Shown: positions 58,217 to 64,000 of the stretch, piece after piece
How positions within the stretch are numbered: the first letter of the stretch is position 1
Layout: each line of letters opens with the position of its first letter
NCBI GenBank assembly: GCA_031414535.1
Contig: JANNVQ010000002.1
Span: 19,705 to 83,704, forward strand
Source: Gemmatimonas sp.
Lineage (GTDB): Bacteria; Gemmatimonadota; Gemmatimonadetes; Gemmatimonadales; Gemmatimonadaceae
Length of the DNA stretch: 64,000 nt
Direction of reading: 5' to 3'
Program-made: the position numbers and the translations under genes
The notes under the pieces: model-generated
What the model was told of the DNA's origin: nothing
What the model saw: only the letters and a program-made list of their open reading frames with translations
The model's database searches: none

Positions 58217-58966
58217 TTACACCCCGAGTCGCCGCAGCTCCGGTGCTCGGGCGCGGCTGACCGCCAAGGACACGCCACCGCGAAGCTCGGCGACCATCCC
58301 TCCTCTCCCGTGACGCCGAAACGCGACCACGTGATCGAGATTCACAATGTGCGTCCGATGAATCCGCGCGAAGCGCTTGGCATCGAGCCGCGCTTCGAGC
58401 CGTGAAAGCGAGAGGGAGAGCACGTGCCGGCCTCGCTCAGTGTGCGCCACCACATAATCGCCGTCGGACTCGAACCAGAGCACATTGGCAACCGGGAGCG
58501 GCGTCATCGCGCTCCCCGTCCGGATGAAGAGGCGCTGTAACGGCCCCTTCCCGAGCAACTCGCCGAGTCGGTCTACGGGGGCGTCCGGCGCGGGCTCGCC
58601 AATCGCGGTGCGCACGCGCTCCATCGTCGCGGCGAGCCGCGCGGCCCCAAAGGGCTTCAATAAATAGTCCACGGCGCCCAGCTCAAACGCGGTCACGGCG
58701 TGCTCCGCGTACGCGGTGGTAAACACCACGAACGGCGTCGCTGTCAGGCGGCCAAGCACTGAAGTGCCGAGCAAGCCTGGCATCTGAATATCGAGAAACA
58801 CCAACTCGGGGCGAAGCCGCTCAATCTCTTCGACCGCCGCGAGGCCGTGCGCGGCCTCGCCGACGACCTCAATCCAGTCGAAGGCCGCGAGCATGCGACG
58901 CAATCCTGCGCGAGCGATTGCTTCGTCGTCGGCGATTACGACAGGAACGCGGCGGTCGTGACTCAT
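58217..58966 (-). CDS. LytTR-family response regulator
   Basis: DDE, LDIQMP, DYLLKP, FARIHRTHIVN, VSR. Confidence 0.92.
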   Translation of the reverse strand: MSHDRRVPVVIADDEAIARAGLRRMLAAFDWIEVVGEAAHGLAAVEEIERLRPELVFLDIQMPGLLGTSVLGRLTATPFVVFTTAYAEHAVTAFELGAVDYLLKPFGAARLAATMERVRTAIGEPAPDAPVDRLGELLGKGPLQRLFIRTGSAMTPLPVANVLWFESDGDYVVAHTERGRHVLSLSLSRLEARLDAKRFARIHRTHIVNLDHVVAFRRHGRGGMVAELRGGVSLAVSRARAPELRRLGV

Positions 58967-60027
58967 TCCGCGCTCTCCCCAAGATCGAGAGGAAGGGTCA
59001 TGCGCGCGGAGAATCCCGCGTCGAGACGGCTGACGCAGACCAGCGAAGCGCGCGCACCATACAAGGCATCGAGTCGCTCGCGCAGCCGCCGCAGTCCCGT
59101 GCTCGCGCTGCTCGTTGCGAGGGTGAGATCTGCGCCCGCGCCGTTGTCCGCGACCACGAGCGTGAGCGTGGGGCCGTCTACAGACGCAGAAATTGTAATT
59201 AGCGTCGGCTCTACGCGTGGCGACGCGCCGTGGCGCACAGCGTTCTCCACCAAGGTCTGCAATGCGAATGCGGGCACCAGCGCGCGGCTGAGCGCATCCG
59301 GCACTTCCGACTGCACCACGAGCCGCTCGCCGAAGCGCACCTGCTCAAGCTCCACATAGCGCCCGACGAAGGCGCGCTCCTCGCGCAGCGTGATACGATC
59401 CCGATCCTCCTCGAGTACCGACCGCAAGAGTCCCGCGAGCAACTCAGCGCTCGCCGCCGCCCGCTCCGGCGCGACCGGAATCAAGTGCACCACACTATGG
59501 AGCGCATTGAACAGGAAATGCGGATTGAGTTGGCCTCGCAAGGCCGCGAGTTGCGCACGGACCGCCGCCGCCTCGGCGCGCGCTGCGCGTGCCGTCGCTT
59601 GCACGGCGTACGACACACCAGCCACCGCGATGTACAGCCAGAGTCCGAGTAGCACGAAGGCGGCTAGCAGCTCCGGCGCCAAGATGGCGAAGGAGCCGCG
59701 CGCAATACTCTCCACGATGTTGGAAAGCACGACCCAAGACAGCGCGTAGGCAATCGCGGCTCCAATCTGCAGGAGCACGAATCCCATCCGCACAGGCCGC
59801 GGCCAAGGATTGCGTTCAACGAATCGCAGCACCACAACGCCCAAGAGCGCGGCACCAAGGATGGCGCGCGCCGAGATGACCAGCGCGGTTTCGAGTGGTA
59901 CGCCGTGCACGATGTACATCGTCGTAGCGTAAAGCGCGAGCACCGGAAGCCAGCCAATTGCGAGCTGGAGCAGGAACCAGCCGCGGGCACGACTGGTCTC
60001 TCCACCGTCGGGCGTGCTCCGGCTCAT
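58963..60027 (-). CDS. LytS/AlgZ-type sensor histidine kinase
   Basis: QLNPHFLFNAL, LQTLVENAVRHG, 4 TM helices. Confidence 0.92.
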   Translation of the reverse strand: MSRSTPDGGETSRARGWFLLQLAIGWLPVLALYATTMYIVHGVPLETALVISARAILGAALLGVVVLRFVERNPWPRPVRMGFVLLQIGAAIAYALSWVVLSNIVESIARGSFAILAPELLAAFVLLGLWLYIAVAGVSYAVQATARAARAEAAAVRAQLAALRGQLNPHFLFNALHSVVHLIPVAPERAAASAELLAGLLRSVLEEDRDRITLREERAFVGRYVELEQVRFGERLVVQSEVPDALSRALVPAFALQTLVENAVRHGASPRVEPTLITISASVDGPTLTLVVADNGAGADLTLATSSASTGLRRLRERLDALYGARASLVCVSRLDAGFSARMTLPLDLGESAE

Positions 60028-60671
60028 CGCGGAGCGGCCGCCGCCACGCGGCGGGCGTCCATCCGCACGACCGCCGTCACCCAGGTGCGCTCCCCATCAG
60101 TGGAGCGGTCCGCTTGGTACTTGAAGCTGGTCGGGGTGATGTCGAAGAATCGCACCCGTTGAACATACGCGGCGCCCTCGGCATCGCGACCCATGCTGCG
60201 AATCCGCATCTCGCCATTCACCCACTCGGACGTCGCAGGAGTGAACTGCGCCCGATACACGTCGAGCGACATCTGGGTCCATTTTCGCTGCGTGCCGTCG
60301 TAGAGGCGGGTGGTGCGGAGGAAGGCGTTGGGATTCCCCGAGCCATCTACAATGCGCAACTCGTCCTCGATTCCGAAGCCATCCATGGCCCGCCAGGCCT
60401 TCCAGATTCCCGTGAGTCTGGGCACGCCATGGATGCGCGTGGCGAGGGTGGTGGCCTTGGGTGTCACGGTCACTTCCCACTGTCCAACAAGGAAGTCGAA
60501 CTGCGTCGCCGCTCTAGGCACGACTGATGCAACGCCGGGCGCGGCTCCTCCCCCGTGCTGCGCAAGGGCGGGAGAGGCGAATAACAAGAGCGCAACGACA
60601 AGCGCGGTTATCGGCGCGGTTATCGGCGCGGTGAGCGGCGCGGTGAGCGGCGCGGTGAGCGGGCGTGGCAT
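60024..60671 (-). CDS. Secreted hypothetical protein (DUF1579-like)
   Basis: QFDFLVG.W, S.DG.RTW motifs; AGGAG RBS before 60671. Confidence 0.65.
   Translation of the reverse strand: MPRPLTAPLTAPLTAPITAPITALVVALLLFASPALAQHGGGAAPGVASVVPRAATQFDFLVGQWEVTVTPKATTLATRIHGVPRLTGIWKAWRAMDGFGIEDELRIVDGSGNPNAFLRTTRLYDGTQRKWTQMSLDVYRAQFTPATSEWVNGEMRIRSMGRDAEGAAYVQRVRFFDITPTSFKYQADRSTDGERTWVTAVVRMDARRVAAAAPR
60602..60661. repeat. 5 x 12-bp tandem repeat in the signal-peptide coding region
   Basis: GCGCGGTTATCG x2 + GCGCGGTGAGCG x3, encoding (P-L/I-T-A) x5. Confidence 0.85.
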
Positions 60672-60752
60672 TGAGTGCTCCTGACAAGAGTGTGCTGTGT
60701 GCTTCACGACAGGAGCGTATCGCGGTGTTCACCACCTCGGAGTCGAGCCATC

Positions 60753-60782
60753 GCTGAATGGTCGAACGAGGCCGTCGAACGG
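60753..60782 (-). promoter_or_regulatory. LytTR-type binding site (9-12-9 direct repeat)
   Basis: Minus strand CCGTTCGAC-N12-CCATTCAGC; AlgR-like CCGTTC core; between the lytST operon and the ABC operon. Confidence 0.6.
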
Positions 60783-60818
60783 CACCACGCGGTCGCAGGG
60801 GGCGCGCATTGTTCGCTC

Positions 60819-61547
60819 ATGCAATCCGACTCGAGCACACCCAGCACCGCCACACCTCTCATCCAATTGCAAGGCGTGAGCAAGCAGTATCCCACCGCCG
60901 CCGGTACGTTCACGGCGCTCGCCGACGTTGATCTCACCATCGCCCGCGGTGAATTCGTCGCCGTGGTCGGCGATTCGGGAAGTGGGAAGTCCACGCTCCT
61001 CTCCCTCGTGGCCGGAATTGATCGCCCGAGTACGGGTGCGGTGATTGTGGGTGGCACCGCGGTGCATGCGCTTAGTGAGGCGGCGATGTCCGCGTGGCGC
61101 GGAGCGGCGGTGGGAATCGTCTTTCAGTTCTTTCAGCTCCTCCCGAGCCTCTCGGTAGCCGAGAACGTGATGCTGCCGATGGACTTCTGCGATCGCTGGC
61201 CGGTTCGAGAACGGCGCGAGCGCGCACTTACCCTGCTCGACTCCGTTGGCGTCGCAGACCAAGCCGACAAGCTGCCGTCGCGGCTCTCTGGTGGTCAGCA
61301 GCAGCGCGTGGCCATCGCCCGTGCGCTCGCGAATGATCCTCCGCTACTCTTGGCTGACGAGCCAACCGGGAATCTGGACTCGCGCACGTCCGCCGCGGTG
61401 CTCGCGCTGTTCGCGCGTATCGTCGAGCAGGGGCGGACCCTCGTGCTCGTCACCCACGCACAGAACGCCATCGCGCACGCGCATCGCGCCATCACCATCG
61501 CCGACGGTCGTGTCGTGCGCGACGCCGAGGCTGCGCTTCGTGCTTAG
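60819..61547 (+). CDS. ABC transporter ATPase (LolD/MacB type)
   Basis: GDSGSGKS, LSGGQQQRVAIARALAN, DEPTGNLD. Confidence 0.92.
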   Translation: MQSDSSTPSTATPLIQLQGVSKQYPTAAGTFTALADVDLTIARGEFVAVVGDSGSGKSTLLSLVAGIDRPSTGAVIVGGTAVHALSEAAMSAWRGAAVGIVFQFFQLLPSLSVAENVMLPMDFCDRWPVRERRERALTLLDSVGVADQADKLPSRLSGGQQQRVAIARALANDPPLLLADEPTGNLDSRTSAAVLALFARIVEQGRTLVLVTHAQNAIAHAHRAITIADGRVVRDAEAALRA

Positions 61548-63876
61548 CCCTCGTTGGCGGAAGGCCGTGGGTGATCTCCGCCAACATGGCGGACGCACGG
61601 CGCTGGTCATAGTCGCCATCGCGATTGGCTTGGCGGCCGCGGCCACAATCCTCAATGCCTGGGCACTCGTGCAAGTCGCGACCACCAAGGGATACCTCGC
61701 GAGTGATCCGGCCGCGGCGACAATTCGCGTAGACTCCGTTGATGCGGCACTGCTGAAACTCGCGCGGACCTTTCCCGGTGTGCGCGACGTACAGGCACGA
61801 CGCACGACGATGGCGCGCGCTCAGGTTGCGGGAGCCACAGTCACGGCGATGCTGTTCACCGTAGATCCCACGGAGCCGGTGCGAATCGGGGCAATTCAGT
61901 GGGAGGGCGGGGGAGCCCCGACCGCGGGCACGCTGACGGTCGAACGCTCCTCACTCGACTTCTCCGGTGCGGCGGTCGGCGAGGACGTCGTGCTCAGCAT
62001 CGGTGAGGCAGCGCCGGTGGCAATCCCGGTGCGTGGCGTGGCGCGTGACGTTGGACTCGCCCCCGGGTGGATGGAGCATCTTCTCTACGGATTTGTCTCG
62101 CAGACCACGCTCGAGCAACTCGGAGCGCCACGCGCACTGAACGAGTTGCGCGTGGTACTGGAAAATGGCGCGCTCACGCAGTCGGAGGTGCGCGCCATCG
62201 CGTTTCAGTTACGGAAGGCGATCGAGGCCAGCGGGCACCAAGTGCGCGACGTCGAGGTGCCTGTGCCGGGTGAGCATATGCACGCGGCCCAGATGGACTC
62301 GTTGCTCTATACGCAGTTCGCGTTTGCCATCTTAGCTCTCGCCCTGAGTGCGTTCTTGGTCGTGAACCTGATCACGGCGATGCTCGTCGGACAGACGCGC
62401 GAGATTGGAGTGATGAAAGCCATCGGCGCGCGCCCCACTCAGCTCGCGACGATGTACCTCGCGGTTGCCGGCGCACTCGGTGTTGCCGCGGCCGCCTTGG
62501 CGGTGCCCTCCGCGCTCGTCGTGGGGCGACGCTACGCAGCGCTAAAGGCGGAGCTGCTCAACTTTGACCTCAGCGGCTTCAGCGTGCCGTGGTGGGTGAT
62601 TGCCCTAGAGATTGGCGTCGCGGTGCTTCTCCCGGTCGCGGCGGCGGCATTCCCGGTGTGGCGTGGCTGTCGCGTGCCGGTCAACGATGCCTTGCGCGAT
62701 GTTGGCATCTCTGGCGCTGGGCTCGGCGCGCGCGCGCTACAGTTGCGCGGTCTCCCGCGGCCCTTGTTACTCGCGCTACGCAATACGTTCCGGCGCCGGC
62801 AGCGCACCCTGCTCACCCTCGGCACGCTCTCACTCGGGGGCGCGGTCTTTCTCGGCGCAAACAATCTTCGCGCGGCGGTGCTTGGTGTCACGGAGGCAAT
62901 CTTCGCCGCGAATCGCTACGACTTCTCGCTGCGCATGACGGCACCCACTGATGCAGCGACGCTGGAGCAGTTCGTACGCAGCGCAGAGGGAGTGGAGGGC
63001 GTGGAGGCGTGGACGGGCGTGCGCGCCGCGATTGATCACGGAGATGGAACCCTCGGCAATTCGTTCATGATCACCGCACCCCCTGCGGAGACGCGACTGC
63101 TCCAGCCCGAGATCGAAGAAGGGCGCTGGCTGCGCCCCGATGACACCCGAGCGTTGGTCATCGGACGAGGCATGCAGCGGGCCGAGCGCCAACTGCGCGC
63201 GGGGTCGAAGGTCCGCTTACTCGTCGCTGGGACGACGGAGGAGTGGGAAGTGGTCGGCGTCATTGGTGGCGGCCCCGGAATTGTCACCTACGCGGCGCGC
63301 GAAGCGGTTGCGACGCTTTACCCTGGCGGCGGCACGACGCTGGTGGTGAAGAGTTCGTACGAGGGCCAGGCGTCGCAACTCGATCTCATTCTCCGGCTGC
63401 GGAGTGCGCTCGCCGAACGCGGCGAGTTCGTGAGTGCGAGTGCGATGCTCGCAGAGGCTAAACGCGGTGTGGACGACCACCTGTTGATGGTCGTCTCATT
63501 CCTCGGCGTGATGGGCTGGGTGATGATCCTCGTGGGAGGACTCGCGCTCGCATCCACGATGGGGCTCGCCGTGCTGGAGCGGACGCGCGAGATTGGCGTG
63601 TTGCGCGCGATTGGCGCCCGGCACGGCGCCATCCTCGCCCTCGTGCAAGTCGAGGGCCTGACTATCGCGTTCATGAGTTGGGTGTTGGCCATCCCGCTGT
63701 CCGTGCCGATGAGCTTGGCGCTCGGAGAGGCCTTCAGTCGCATCATGTTGCCCGTGCCACCGCGCTTCGCGCCCGAAGTGGGCGGGGTGTTCATCTGGTT
63801 CGCGCTGGTCGTGGTGGTGTCGGTGGTCGCCTGCGCCTGGCCCGCGCTCCGCGCGATGCGCGTACCGACCGCGGCG
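61540..63876 (+). CDS. FtsX/MacB-like ABC permease, 3' end lost in low-complexity sequence
   Basis: GTG 61540 reads MLSPRWRKAVGDL...; REIGVMKAIGA and ERTREIGVLRAIGA repeats; no stop before window end, so absent from the ORF track. Confidence 0.85.
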
Positions 63877-64000
63877 GGGGGGCGCCGAGACGGGGGGGGG
63901 GGCCGCCCGGGCGGCGTGGGCGGGTGGCTGAAAGGGGACGGGCCCGGGGGGGGGGCCCGCCCCCCCCGGCAAAACGAACGGGGCGGGGGGGGGGGGCGGG

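Noticed and set aside
63877..64000. G/C homopolymer-rich tail that could be read as a G-quadruplex or a Gly-rich extension
   Set aside because: It begins abruptly where the permease should end within a few codons and lies at the sequence end; most likely a poly-G read or assembly artefact.

Overview
GC-rich bacterial chromosome segment. Gene style (Ser/Thr kinase-TolB-TPR, many Sec/Tat-exported proteins, NHL/PQQ clusters) is Gemmatimonadota-like; this is inference, no search was run. It holds about 64 CDS and two tRNA-Met genes, with no recognisable phage, IS or CRISPR array. In order: housekeeping block (thiL end, plsC, eno, ftsB); GMC/3-ketoglycoside-type operon; TPP riboswitch before a TonB receptor; tsdA-soxCD-yeeE-yeeE-arsR sulfur module; a candidate new secreted-peptide locus (two divergent small proteins sharing exact C-x7-C-x18-C-x6-C spacing, a beta-propeller-like protein, an ABC exporter, phased 11-bp repeats); Fur-boxed FecA-like receptor; an MsrPQ-like/ECF/anti-sigma operon facing a Met-rich secreted peptide across mirror-image ECF promoters; a periplasmic redox cluster (PAL-like NHL proteins, PQQ dehydrogenase, Tat flavoenzyme, cytochromes c, exported RidA); an Mla/Pqi operon; an ice-binding lipoprotein; c-di-GMP signalling; a collagen-like protein; and a LytTR system with its likely binding site next to an ABC exporter. 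The last ~125 nt look like poly-G sequencing artefact. All product calls come from motif recognition by eye.
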